The notes beneath the pieces are model-generated. The model did no database searches. It saw nothing but the letters and a program-made list of their open reading frames with translations, and was not told where the DNA came from. This document shows positions 42,604 through 52,331 of a stretch of DNA of 64,000 nt, in pieces. This DNA comes from Gemmatimonadota bacterium (GTDB lineage Bacteria; Gemmatimonadota; Gemmatimonadetes; Longimicrobiales; Gaopeijiaceae), in contig JBDHIJ010000024.1 in NCBI GenBank assembly GCA_039587435.1, forward strand, positions 3,166 to 67,165, given 5' to 3'. Both the position numbers and the translations under genes were made by a program. Numbering within the stretch: the first letter of the stretch is position 1; each line of letters begins with the position of its first letter.

Positions 42604-44108
42604 TCCCTGGTCTCTCCGCTGGGCGTGAGGGAACCGTCCTCGGACGGCGTTCCCCCGTTCTCGGATTCTGATCGGTCCCCTCCCGTGCCCGGTCCGTCGC
42701 CCCCGGATCCCCGATCCTCTCCGGCTTCCGGCCTCACACCCTCCCGGGATCCGCGCCACTCGACTTGCTCCAGGGCCCGGGCCCTCGCGGCCGCGTCAAT
42801 GGGGTGGGAGGACTCGGGGTGGCGCCGGAGGACCCGGTCGAACGCCGCCTTGGAGAGTGCGTACACGTCGCAGTATTCGCATGCCCGGATCGAAGCCGTG
42901 CGCGGTCCCTCGGTGAAGAGGGCGATCTCACCAAAGAAGTCGCCGGGGCCCAGCGTGTTGATCACCCGGGACTCCTGGTCGATGAGCACTTCCAGCGTGC
43001 CCCGGTAGACGAAGTACATGTGCCGCCCCTCGTCGCCTTCCCGGAACAGGTACCCCCCCGGTGTGATCACCTCGGGGACCAGGTTCCGCGCCACGTCCCG
43101 GAGGAAGGCCGGGTCCGCGTCCCGGAACATCTCCACCCTTCTGATCACGCCCTGCCGGGAGTACACGGCGACCTCCTCCCGGAGACCCGGGGGCAGGGTG
43201 GCCAGGAATCCCGATTCGTCGTACCAGTCCCGGCCGCGCATGTACTCGTAGTAGGAGTGGATCCGCTTCTGGAGATCGAGTGGGAGTCCGGTCGCGCGGA
43301 CCGCGTGGCTCAGCTGCTCCACGTGGTCGTGGAATCGGGCCCGAGCGGGATCGCGCCGGGACCAGATGGCCGCCACCATCCCCACCAGGTAACCGAAGAA
43401 GGCCAGCCCCACGATCATCGTCATGAGGGCGTACATCTCCTGCGGCCGGTTCTGGGGCACGATGTCGCCGTAGCCCACCGTGGTGAGCGTCGTGCCGGTC
43501 CAGTACAGAGCGTCGAGGTAGGCGCTCAGCGGCTCGGTCCCCGCCGGAATCTCCCGGAGCAGCACCCACCCGCATGAGATCCAGTGCACGGCCAGGACCA
43601 TCCAGTAAAACACGAAGCCCAGCATCAGGACGTGGGCCAGGCGCAGCACTCTCAGCCGGAGCGCCGAGAAGACCTGGCCCACCTTGATGAGCTTGGCGAG
43701 CCCGGCCAGGAGCAGGAGGTCCGGTGCCAGGGCATCCTGCTGGAACGGGTTCCCGAGGAGGGGCCCCAGGAAGGCCATCGCTGCGATCCCGTCGATCCAG
43801 ACCCATCCGCGGAGGTATTCCCGCCGCTGGGCCGGGTCCTTGAACCGCCACAGGCTGAGCGGGAGATCCAGTGCGAGGATCAACCCGGTCAGGAACAGCA
43901 GGAGGTGTCGGCCGTCGTTGGGGTCCACGCCCTTGGCGTGATACCACGGGATCGAGACGGCGTGGACGGTGGCGGCGACCAGCAGGAGCACCAGCCACGC
44001 GTACGCCCATGGGGGGATCCGCTGGAACGGGTCGGCCAGGGCGCTTCGCGTGAACGTCAGGTCGGGCTCGGAGTCGAGCGGATCGGGGGCGGCGTGCAGG
44101 TGGCGCAT
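42600..44108 (-). CDS. Cyclic-nucleotide-gated potassium channel (MloK1/SthK-like)
   Basis: Selectivity filter TLTTVGYGD after the pore helix. C-terminal CNBD with FFGEIALF and PRTASIRA. Acidic G/S/E-rich tail. Confidence 0.9.
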   Translation of the reverse strand: MRHLHAAPDPLDSEPDLTFTRSALADPFQRIPPWAYAWLVLLLVAATVHAVSIPWYHAKGVDPNDGRHLLLFLTGLILALDLPLSLWRFKDPAQRREYLRGWVWIDGIAAMAFLGPLLGNPFQQDALAPDLLLLAGLAKLIKVGQVFSALRLRVLRLAHVLMLGFVFYWMVLAVHWISCGWVLLREIPAGTEPLSAYLDALYWTGTTLTTVGYGDIVPQNRPQEMYALMTMIVGLAFFGYLVGMVAAIWSRRDPARARFHDHVEQLSHAVRATGLPLDLQKRIHSYYEYMRGRDWYDESGFLATLPPGLREEVAVYSRQGVIRRVEMFRDADPAFLRDVARNLVPEVITPGGYLFREGDEGRHMYFVYRGTLEVLIDQESRVINTLGPGDFFGEIALFTEGPRTASIRACEYCDVYALSKAAFDRVLRRHPESSHPIDAAARARALEQVEWRGSREGVRPEAGEDRGSGGDGPGTGGDRSESENGGTPSEDGSLTPSGETRE

Positions 44109-44343
44109 GCCCGAACATGCCCGTGGGCCGTGGCCCCGTGCAAGCGGCGTGGCAGCGGTTGGGGCGCCCGTTCGCCGGAGGGTGTGCGGATACGGACCTG
44201 GGGCCCTGACCCCTCCGCTCCGGCGGTCGATTTCCGCTAAATTAGAGATCTGTACCCCGTGCGAATCGCAGCGTCACCGCACGGGCGGGTCGGATCGCCG
44301 ACCCCGCTGGACGCACACGTAGTACGCACACTCCGAGGCTTTC

Positions 44344-46185
44344 ATGCCCATCAGAAATATCGCCATCATCGCCCACGTCGATCACGGCAAGACCACGCTG
44401 GTCGACCAGATGCTCCAGCAGGCCGGGGTGTTCGGCGAGCACCAGCAGATCCAGGAGCGCGTGATGGACTCCAACCCGCTGGAGAGAGAGCGGGGAATCA
44501 CCATCCTCTCCAAGAACACCGCCGTGACCTGGGGCGATATCAAGATCAACATCGTCGACACCCCCGGGCACGCCGACTTCGGCGGAGAGGTGGAGCGGAT
44601 CCTGCGCATGGTCGACGGCGTGCTCCTCCTGGTGGATGCCGCCGAGGGCCCCATGCCCCAGACGCGGTTCGTGACGCGAAAGGCGCTCGAGCTGGGACTT
44701 CAGCCCGTGGTGGTCATCAACAAGGTGGACCGCCCCGACGCCCGCCCCGAAGAGGCGCACGACGAAGTACTGGAGCTCTTCATGGAGCTCGACGCGTCGG
44801 ATCACCAGCTCGACGCACCCTTCCTCTACGGCTCCGGCCGGGACGGCTGGGTGGTGCGCGAGCACGGCGACGAGTCCGATGACCTTTCCGCCCTGTTCGA
44901 TACGATCCTGGAGGCGGTGCCCGCCCCCGACGCGGATCCCCAGGGTGATTTCCAGATGCTCGTCTCGACGCTGGACTACTCCTCCTATGTGGGGCGGATC
45001 GCCATCGGCCGCATCGAGCGTGGACGGTTGAGCGAGGGAGAGACCATCGCGGTGCTGCCCCTGGGTGAGCCGGGGATGGTGGAGGCCGGAGAGGGGACCC
45101 AGTCCCGGGTCATGAAGCTCTACGGCTACGAGAGCCATGAGCGGGTCGAGATCGAGTCGGCGGGCGCCGGCGACATCGTGGCCATCGCCGGAATCGACGA
45201 TGTCGACATCGGGCAGACCCTCACCGACACCGGTCACCGCGAGCGGCTGGAGGGGATCGCCGTCGAGGAGCCCACGCTCTCCGTGGACTTCTCGGTGAAC
45301 AACTCCCCCTTCGCGGGTCAGAGCGGGAAGTTCGTCACCTCCCGGCAGGTACGGGAGAGGCTCTACAAGGAGCTGGAGAGGAACGTCGCGCTGAAGGTGG
45401 AGGACACCGACTCCCCCGACACCTTCACGGTGTCCGGTCGGGGCGAGCTGCACCTCTCGATCCTGATGGAGACCATGCGGCGGGAAGGGTACGAGTTCCA
45501 GGTGTCCCGTCCCCGGGTGGTGGTCCGGACCGGGGAGGACGGCTCGAAGCAGGAGCCCTACGAGGACGTGGTCATCGAGGTCCCGTCGGACAACACCGGG
45601 ACCGTCATCGAAAAGCTGGGGGCCCGGAAGGGCGAGATGGTGGAGATGACTCCCACCGACGCCGGTCCCACCCGTCTCCGGTTCAGCATCCCGGCCCGTG
45701 GACTGTTCGGCTACCGCTCCGAGTTCCTGACCGACACGCGCGGGGAAGGCACGATGTACCACACCTTCTCCCACTACGGCCCCTGGGCCGGGCAGCTGGC
45801 GGGCCGGCGGCGCGGGGTGCTGGTGGCCGACCGCCCCGGAAAGACCGTGGCCTATGCCCTGTTCGGTCTCCAGGAGCGGGCCACCATGTTCGTGAGTCCC
45901 CAGGACGCGGTGTACACGGGCATGATCGTGGGTGAGAACGCGCGCCCCGACGACATGGACGTGAACGTCACCAAGGAAAAGAAGCTGACGAACATCCGGG
46001 CCGCGGCATCGGACGACAAGATCCTGCTGGAGCCCCCCCGTCAGATCACCCTGGAGCTCGCGCTGGAGTTCATCCAGGCGGACGAGCTCATCGAGGTGAC
46101 CCCGGATGGGATCCGGCTCCGGAAGCGGGAGATGGACGCCAACAAGCGAAGGAAGGCCGCCAAGGCCGCGGCCGCCGCCGGCTAG
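44344..46185 (+). CDS. typA: Translational GTPase TypA/BipA
   Basis: [34 protein letters not shown], and full-length (613 aa) TypA architecture. Confidence 0.97.
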   Translation: MPIRNIAIIAHVDHGKTTLVDQMLQQAGVFGEHQQIQERVMDSNPLERERGITILSKNTAVTWGDIKINIVDTPGHADFGGEVERILRMVDGVLLLVDAAEGPMPQTRFVTRKALELGLQPVVVINKVDRPDARPEEAHDEVLELFMELDASDHQLDAPFLYGSGRDGWVVREHGDESDDLSALFDTILEAVPAPDADPQGDFQMLVSTLDYSSYVGRIAIGRIERGRLSEGETIAVLPLGEPGMVEAGEGTQSRVMKLYGYESHERVEIESAGAGDIVAIAGIDDVDIGQTLTDTGHRERLEGIAVEEPTLSVDFSVNNSPFAGQSGKFVTSRQVRERLYKELERNVALKVEDTDSPDTFTVSGRGELHLSILMETMRREGYEFQVSRPRVVVRTGEDGSKQEPYEDVVIEVPSDNTGTVIEKLGARKGEMVEMTPTDAGPTRLRFSIPARGLFGYRSEFLTDTRGEGTMYHTFSHYGPWAGQLAGRRRGVLVADRPGKTVAYALFGLQERATMFVSPQDAVYTGMIVGENARPDDMDVNVTKEKKLTNIRAAASDDKILLEPPRQITLELALEFIQADELIEVTPDGIRLRKREMDANKRRKAAKAAAAAG

Positions 46186-46208
46186 ACCCGGCGGGGTGGA
46201 GGCAGAGA

Positions 46209-46252
46209 CGACCCGGGGCCGGCGGATGCGATGATCCGCCGGCCCCGGGTCG
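46209..46252. terminator. Bidirectional hairpin terminator between typA and the convergent OMP gene
   Basis: Perfect 18-bp stem CGACCCGGGGCCGGCGGA / TCCGCCGGCCCCGGGTCG with an 8-nt loop (46227-46234). Confidence 0.65.
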
Positions 46253-46273
46253 TTCGATCTGGAGGGGGTCCGG

Positions 46274-46774
46274 CTAGAACAGGATCCCCGCCCGGAAGAT
46301 GGGCTGGCTGACCACGTCCTCGTCGTACCACTCGTAGCGGCCGTCCACGAACAGCCGGACCGCCGCGAGGTTGAAATCGACCCCCAGGCCCAGGGAGACC
46401 CCTGTGGCGCTCAGGTCCTCGGTACCGTTGCCGTCGCTCCGGGGGCGACTGAGGCTGCGGTACCCGAGACCGCCGGTGAGGTAGGGCCGAACGATGGGAA
46501 TCGGAAGCCGGAGGTTGGCCTCGGCCGAGGCACCCCAGAGGCTGCAGTCGTTGGCCCCGCAGTCGGGGAAGAAGACTTCGCCAACGCCGACGATGTCGAT
46601 GGGGAGGACCGGAAGGTCGTAGCCCAGCCGGCCGCCGATTCCGAAGGCGCCGTCGAAGGTGTCGAGGGCATAGGGGACGTGCGCGCCCCATAAGAACTGG
46701 GCCTTCGCCTCGTCGGCGGGGGCCGCCACCAGCATTCCGGCGGCCAGGAAGATTCCGAACACGGTACGCTTCAT
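46274..46774 (-). CDS. Outer-membrane beta-barrel protein (OmpA-like barrel / OmpW-size)
   Basis: Signal MKRTVFGIFLAAGMLVAAPADEAKAQ, alternating beta-strand pattern, and C-terminal aromatic residue (RAGILF). Confidence 0.85.
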   Translation of the reverse strand: MKRTVFGIFLAAGMLVAAPADEAKAQFLWGAHVPYALDTFDGAFGIGGRLGYDLPVLPIDIVGVGEVFFPDCGANDCSLWGASAEANLRLPIPIVRPYLTGGLGYRSLSRPRSDGNGTEDLSATGVSLGLGVDFNLAAVRLFVDGRYEWYDEDVVSQPIFRAGILF

Positions 46775-47020
46775 GCGACTCGTCCTGGTTGATGATCTGG
46801 ATTCACGGGATCCGCCTCCAATCTAGGGGACGGGGCCCCTCGACGCCTCGGCCGTTCCGCGGGATTTGCTCGTGAGAACAGGGAACTCCCCAGCCGGACG
46901 GATACTTCTTATGTGCAGAGAGAGGAGCAGGGTTCCCTTCCGACCCCGACCGGGTCGTCGGCGGGCCGGGCTCCCAGCGCATGTTAGCCCGATTCGGGCC
47001 AGTATCCGAACACCTTCGAC

Positions 47021-47581
47021 ATGACGACAACCGCGCCTTTACCCGCCCTTCACCCCGAGCGCTACGCCGCCGCCCCCTCGTTCACCGAGTACCTGGAGTC
47101 GGTCGACGCGAATCGCGACCTCTGGCACGGTGTGTACCAGCGGGCCCGGATTCCCGAGACGGCCGTGGACCGGGTGCGGGAGGCGGTCCCGGGTCCTCGG
47201 CACCTGCTCGCCCTGTCGGAGGACTGGTGTGGCGACGCGGTGAACACCCTGCCGGTGGTCGCCCGACTCGTGGAGCAGGTGCCGGGCCTGGACTTCCGGG
47301 TTCTGTCCCGGGACGAGAACCCCGATCTCATGGACGCCCATCTCACCGGGACGAGCCGGTCGATTCCGGTGGTGATGGTTCTGGACGAGGAGTTCAACGA
47401 ACTCGGCTGGTGGGGCCCCCGGCCCGGCGAACTCCAGGCGTGGGTCTTGAGCGAGGGGCTGCAGATGGCCTCCGGAGAGCGGTACAAGGTGGCCCGGGGC
47501 TGGTATGCCCGGGACCGGGGCCTGAGCACGATCCGGGAGCTCTGCCACATCATGAGCGGAGAGGCCTGCGAGGACCTCTGA
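47021..47581 (+). CDS. Thioredoxin-like family protein
   Basis: 186-aa ORF with a WCGD motif and a thioredoxin-fold spacing pattern (SIPVVMVLDEE). Confidence 0.85.
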   Translation: MTTTAPLPALHPERYAAAPSFTEYLESVDANRDLWHGVYQRARIPETAVDRVREAVPGPRHLLALSEDWCGDAVNTLPVVARLVEQVPGLDFRVLSRDENPDLMDAHLTGTSRSIPVVMVLDEEFNELGWWGPRPGELQAWVLSEGLQMASGERYKVARGWYARDRGLSTIRELCHIMSGEACEDL

Positions 47582-47649
47582 GGTCCGCTCATCCAGCGGG
47601 ACATGCGGCCGCCCCTCGCCACGCGGGGGGCGGCCGTCTATTGTCGGGC

Positions 47650-48171
47650 ATGCCGACGATCTACAAGGACCACGTCCCCGAAAACACGCACCCCCTGAAC
47701 GTCATCGAGGGGGCCGAACCCGAGGTGGCCGCCCGGCACTCCGTTACCCGGATTCCCCTCTACGAAGTCTACATGCGGATGGCCGAGGAACTGGCCAAGC
47801 GCAGTACCTGCCAGCGACTCCAGGTGGGGACCGTCATCACCGACCACCTCCTGGAAAACGTGGTGGCCATCGGGTACAACGGGAACGTTCGGGGCTTCCC
47901 CAACCGCTGCGACACCTCGGTTCCGGGGAAGTGCGGGTGCATTCACTCCGAGCAGAACGCCCTGGTCAAGGCGCCGGGCGGCCTCCGGGACAAGGTCGCC
48001 TTCATCACCGCCAGCCCGTGCGTGATGTGCGCCAAGCTCATGGTCCAGGCGAACGTCGGGTTCGTGTTCTTCCGGGACGCCTACCGCGATCCCTCCGGAC
48101 TGGAAGTGCTCCGGGGCGCGGGAGTAGTGGTCGTGCACTACACCCAGTGGCAGGAAGACTGGCGCGCCTAG
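47650..48171 (+). CDS. dCMP deaminase / ComEB-type cytidine-deoxycytidylate deaminase
   Basis: ATG at 47650 in frame with ORF 46981-48171. Zinc motifs HSEQNAL and PCVMCAKLM. Confidence 0.9.
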   Translation: MPTIYKDHVPENTHPLNVIEGAEPEVAARHSVTRIPLYEVYMRMAEELAKRSTCQRLQVGTVITDHLLENVVAIGYNGNVRGFPNRCDTSVPGKCGCIHSEQNALVKAPGGLRDKVAFITASPCVMCAKLMVQANVGFVFFRDAYRDPSGLEVLRGAGVVVVHYTQWQEDWRA

Positions 48172-48383
48172 GTCCCGATCATGCCCCGTTCTGGTGCGTC
48201 CGCGCCGCCGTCGACCCGTCCTTCCGGCTGCTCCCAACCGCCCCCCGGGCACCATGGATCCGCCCCTCCGAGCGCTCGACCCCTTGGCATGGATCTGGCC
48301 GCGGACCACACTAGAGGCCGGTCGTACCCCGCACCCCTTCAGCACCACCCCAACGAGAGGCCGAGAGCCTCGACGGAGCACCC

Positions 48384-49502
48384 GTGAGCGACCCCCAGTA
48401 CTTCGGTGGTGACGTCCCCTTCGAGCGCTTCTTCCTTCCAGGACCCACCGCCGTCCGGGGCGACGTGCTCCAGGCCCAGACCGGGCAGATGATCGGACAC
48501 CGCGGGCCCGACATTCAGACCCTCATGGGCGAGATCCAGATCGGGCTGCGGGAGGTGTTCCGAACCCGTAGTCCCGTCCTGGTCTCCACCTCGTCGGCCA
48601 CCGGTTTCATGGAGGCGGGCATCCGAAATGCGGCCCGAAACCGAGTGCTCGCGCTGGTGAACGGGGCGTTCTCCGATCGTTTCGCGAAGATCGGAGAGGC
48701 CTGCGGCTTCGCGGTGGACCGCATGGAGGTCCCCTGGGGAGAGGCCCACGATCCGGCCGCCGTGGCCTCCCGCCTGGAGACCGGGGACTACGACGCCGTG
48801 ACCGTGGTCCACTCCGAGACCAGTACCGGGGTCCTGAATCCCATCCACGAACTGGCGGGTGTGGTGAACCGGGCCCTCGACGTGGTGCTCCTGGTGGACT
48901 CGGTGACCGGTGTCGGTGGGGCACCGATGGAGGGGGACGCGTGGCAGTTGGACTACGTGCTGACCGGGTCCCAGAAGGCCATGGCGCTGCCCCCGGGTCT
49001 GGCCTTCGCCCTGGCCGGACCCCGGGTCATGGAACGCTCCGCCAGCGCGACCCGGAAGGGCGTCTATTTCGACCTCCAGGCCTTTGCTGCCAACCTGGAG
49101 AAGAACCAGACCCCGAATACGCCCGCGGTCTCGCTCCTCTATTCGCTCCACTACCAGATGGGCCGCATGCGGGCCGAGACCATGGAGGGCCGCTGGGCTC
49201 GCCACGAGGCCATGCGGGACCGCTGCGTGGCCTGGGTGGACGAGATGCGCGAGGGCAGTGGTGTCGGGATCGAGGTCCTGGCGCCCGAGGGGTACCGCTC
49301 CCCCACCGTCACCTGCATCAGCCTCCCGGAGGGGATGGCCGGCTCTCAGATCGCCCGGGGGATGCGCGACGCCGGGTTCGTCATCGCGCCCGGTTATGGA
49401 AAGCTGAAGGACTCCCACATCCGGATCGGACACATGGGAGATCACACCCTGGACGAGCTGAACGGCGTTCTGGCCCAGCTCGAGGAGATCATGGGCGTAT
49501 GA
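48384..49502 (+). CDS. Class V aminotransferase (serine-glyoxylate / phosphoserine aminotransferase type)
   Basis: 372-aa ORF with PLP lysine context LTGSQKAMALPPG. Its stop overlaps the serA start (ATGA at 49499-49502). Confidence 0.9.
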   Translation: MSDPQYFGGDVPFERFFLPGPTAVRGDVLQAQTGQMIGHRGPDIQTLMGEIQIGLREVFRTRSPVLVSTSSATGFMEAGIRNAARNRVLALVNGAFSDRFAKIGEACGFAVDRMEVPWGEAHDPAAVASRLETGDYDAVTVVHSETSTGVLNPIHELAGVVNRALDVVLLVDSVTGVGGAPMEGDAWQLDYVLTGSQKAMALPPGLAFALAGPRVMERSASATRKGVYFDLQAFAANLEKNQTPNTPAVSLLYSLHYQMGRMRAETMEGRWARHEAMRDRCVAWVDEMREGSGVGIEVLAPEGYRSPTVTCISLPEGMAGSQIARGMRDAGFVIAPGYGKLKDSHIRIGHMGDHTLDELNGVLAQLEEIMGV

Positions 49503-51124
49503 GCCCCACCAGCCAGCGGGACCCCGAAGCCCGTTACACCGTGGTCGTCGCCGACAAGGTCTCTCCCTCCGGCCTGACCCCCCTGTCCGAGCACCCCCAG
49601 TTCGAAGTGGTCCTGGCCGCGGGCTGGGAGAAGGACCAGCTCCTGGAAGCCCTGGCCGATGCCGACGGACTGGTGGTCCGGAGCGCCACGAAGGTGACGC
49701 CCGAGATGTTCGAAGCCGCGCCCAATCTCCAGGTCGTGGGCCGGGCCGGCGTCGGGGTCGACAACATCGACCTGGCCGCGGCCACCGAGCGGGGCGTACC
49801 CGTGCTCAACGCCCCGGCCGGGAACACGGTATCGGCGGCCGAGCTGGCCTTCGCCCTCATGATGGCCTCGGCCCGGAAGGTGGTATCCGCCGACCGTTCG
49901 GTGCGGACGGGTGAGTGGAACCGCTCGGCCTTCGCCGGCACCGAGATGCGCGGAAAGACACTGGGCCTCGTGGGCGCGGGCCGGATCGGAGCCGAGGTGG
50001 CCCGGCGCGCCATGGCGTTCGGCATGGACGTCATGGCCTACGACCCGTATCTGACCGAGGAGCGGGCCAACGACCTGGGCGTGGAGAACGCAGCGCTGGA
50101 CAGCATCTTCGCCCAGGCCGATTTCATCACCCTCCATGTGCCCCTCACCGCCTCGACCCGAGGAATGATCGGCAGGGCCGAGCTGGAGCGGATGAAGCCC
50201 ACCACCTACCTCATCAACGCCGCCCGCGGCGGGGTGGTGGACGAGAACGCCCTGGCCGAGGCGCTGGAGGCCGGGACCATCGCCGGCGCGGCCCTGGACG
50301 TTTATGGGAACGAACCGCTGCAGGAGGACAGCCCACTTCGGTCGGCGCCGAACCTGATCCTCACGCCCCACTTGGGCGCGTCGACCAAGGAGGCTCAGGA
50401 GCTGGTTGCGCTCGAGATCGCCGGCGCCGTGAGGGCGGCCCTGATGGAGGGCGATCTCTCCCGGGCCGTGAACGCTCCGGCGATCGGCGGCGAAGAACTC
50501 CGCCGCGTCCGTCCCCTCCTGGCGCTGGGTGAGCGGGTCGGACTGCTGGCGTGTGTCCTGTCCCGCGGAGGGTTCCGCTCCATCGAGGTGATCGTGGCCG
50601 GCGGGGAGGCCGAAGAGGCGGTGAAGCCGGTATCGGTCGCCGTTCTGTCGGGTCTCCTTCGGAACATCTCCGGCGCGGACGAAGTGAACTTCGTCAACGC
50701 TCTGCATCGGGCCGAAGCCAGGGGGATCCGCGTGAAGACCGCCACGGACCGCGCGCCCCAGGACTACACGCAGATCCTCGAGGTAGGCGTGGAGACCGAG
50801 CATGGCTCGGCCCGTGTCCGGGGGGCTCTCCTGGGTGAGGCCCACGCCCGTATCATCGGGATCGACGACTACGCCATCGATCTTCAGCCCGTGGGGAGCG
50901 TGATCCTGCTCAAGAACCGGGACGTACCCGGGGTCATCGGTCGGGTTGGGACTCTCCTCGGAGACCACGGCCTGAACATCGCCGGGTACCACCAGGCCCG
51001 GGTGGATGCCGGTGGCGAGGCCCTGGCGGCCATCACCGTGGACGGCCAGGTGTCGCACGAACTCATGGAAGCGCTGCGGGCGCTGCCGGAGGTGGTGGAA
51101 GCGGGGCTGGCGGAGCTGGACTAG
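49499..51124 (+). CDS. serA: D-3-phosphoglycerate dehydrogenase with ASB and ACT domains
   Basis: GLVGAGRIGAEVARRA NAD fold, catalytic region LINAARGGVVDE...TPHLGAST, and C-terminal ACT (LKNRDVPGVIGRVGTLLGDHGLNI). Confidence 0.95.
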   Translation: MSPTSQRDPEARYTVVVADKVSPSGLTPLSEHPQFEVVLAAGWEKDQLLEALADADGLVVRSATKVTPEMFEAAPNLQVVGRAGVGVDNIDLAAATERGVPVLNAPAGNTVSAAELAFALMMASARKVVSADRSVRTGEWNRSAFAGTEMRGKTLGLVGAGRIGAEVARRAMAFGMDVMAYDPYLTEERANDLGVENAALDSIFAQADFITLHVPLTASTRGMIGRAELERMKPTTYLINAARGGVVDENALAEALEAGTIAGAALDVYGNEPLQEDSPLRSAPNLILTPHLGASTKEAQELVALEIAGAVRAALMEGDLSRAVNAPAIGGEELRRVRPLLALGERVGLLACVLSRGGFRSIEVIVAGGEAEEAVKPVSVAVLSGLLRNISGADEVNFVNALHRAEARGIRVKTATDRAPQDYTQILEVGVETEHGSARVRGALLGEAHARIIGIDDYAIDLQPVGSVILLKNRDVPGVIGRVGTLLGDHGLNIAGYHQARVDAGGEALAAITVDGQVSHELMEALRALPEVVEAGLAELD

Positions 51125-51139
51125 AGCCGGACCGCCGCC

Positions 51140-52321
51140 TCAGCGGTTCCGTGCGTTGTACCGGTCCAGCACGTCCCTCACCTCGTCGATGGGGAGTGCG
51201 TCGGCGGTCCGACCACCCACCCCGGTGACGTCCACGGCCTTGAGGAGGGAGTTGTAGATCGCTTCCTCGGTGGACTCCACCGCGGCCTGGAACAGGCCGG
51301 ACATGGACCCGTTGGAGAGCTCCTCGGTGGTCAGCCGACGACCCTGTGGGTCCCGGCGAACGCTCTCGGCCGTCGAGAACGCGATGACGTAGTCGCCGGA
51401 TCCGTTCCCGGCGAAGGACCCGGTCCGGGCCAGCCCCATGATGGCCCGTTTGGCCAGTCGCTCCAGGTTCCGATCGGAGAGGGGCGCATCGGTGGCCACC
51501 ACCATCATGATGGATCCCTGACCCGTGTCTCCCTGGGCACCGTCGGACCCGTCCACGTATTCGCGGAACGAGTAGCGGCCCAGCTCTTCTCCTACCGGAG
51601 CGCCGTTCATGGTGAGGATCCCGCCGAAGTTCGACTGGACCAGGACCCCCACGGTGTAACCACCCAGGTCGCGGGGGAGGATGCGGCTCGAGGTCCCGAT
51701 CCCGCCCTTCCACCCGAAGGCCCGGGTTCCGGTGCCGGCTCCCACGACACCCTCTTCGACCGGACCGCCCGAGGCGGACTCCAGCGCGGATACCACGTGC
51801 TCCGGGCGAATCGGGCGAGCGCGAATGTCGTTCAGACCTCCGTCGTTGGTTTCACCCACCAGGGCATTGAGCGACCGGACGTTTTCCATGCCGTCCAGGT
51901 GAATCATCCAGTCCACCATGGCGTCGGCGGCCTTCCACACGCAGAGCGTGCAGGTCAGGAGGATGGGCGTCTCCATCTCGCCCAGTTCCCGGACCTGGGT
52001 CACCCCGAGCAGCTTCCCGTAGCCGTTGCCCACGTAGATGGCCGCCGGAACCCGCGACAGGTACGCGTTGCCGCCGTGGGGAAGGATGGCCGTGACCCCG
52101 GTCCGGACGTCGTCTCCCTCCCACACCGTCGCGTGGCCCACCCGGACGTCGGCCACGTCGGTAATGGCATTGTGCTGTCCGGGCTGGAAGATCCCGACCT
52201 CGACTCCGAGGTCCCGGGCCCGGGGGCGATCCGAGGCGTCGGGGCGCTGGCTGGATGCGGACATGGGTGTCACCAGGGCGAGTGTGAGAACGGCCGCGAG
52301 GCCGGCGACGGAACGGCGCAT
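51140..52321 (-). CDS. P1 (S58, DmpA/L-aminopeptidase D-Ala-esterase) family peptidase, exported
   Basis: Signal MRRSVAGLAAVLTLALVTPMSASS, then the DmpA-like pattern NAITDV, VGHAT, TGVTAIL, GAGTGT, GSIMMVVATDAPL. Confidence 0.9.
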   Translation of the reverse strand: MRRSVAGLAAVLTLALVTPMSASSQRPDASDRPRARDLGVEVGIFQPGQHNAITDVADVRVGHATVWEGDDVRTGVTAILPHGGNAYLSRVPAAIYVGNGYGKLLGVTQVRELGEMETPILLTCTLCVWKAADAMVDWMIHLDGMENVRSLNALVGETNDGGLNDIRARPIRPEHVVSALESASGGPVEEGVVGAGTGTRAFGWKGGIGTSSRILPRDLGGYTVGVLVQSNFGGILTMNGAPVGEELGRYSFREYVDGSDGAQGDTGQGSIMMVVATDAPLSDRNLERLAKRAIMGLARTGSFAGNGSGDYVIAFSTAESVRRDPQGRRLTTEELSNGSMSGLFQAAVESTEEAIYNSLLKAVDVTGVGGRTADALPIDEVRDVLDRYNARNR

Positions 52322-52331
52322 GGGGTGCTCC

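Noticed and set aside
46981-48171. The track lists single long ORFs 46981-48171 (396 aa), 48941-51124 (727 aa), 31980-33662 (560 aa) and 24149-25897 (582 aa), as if they were large fusion proteins.
   Set aside because: Only the 3' parts are homologous to real proteins (dCMP deaminase, SerA, DUF3179, DUF4249-like). The 5' parts are open read-through over neighbouring genes in another frame. I trimmed them to internal starts with an RBS or an ATGA overlap.
48172-48383. 212-bp leader upstream of the aminotransferase-serA operon, considered as a riboswitch or T-box-like element.
   Set aside because: I could not recognise any known riboswitch core or a terminator/antiterminator pair by eye. This is left unannotated rather than guessed; an Rfam/Infernal scan would be needed.
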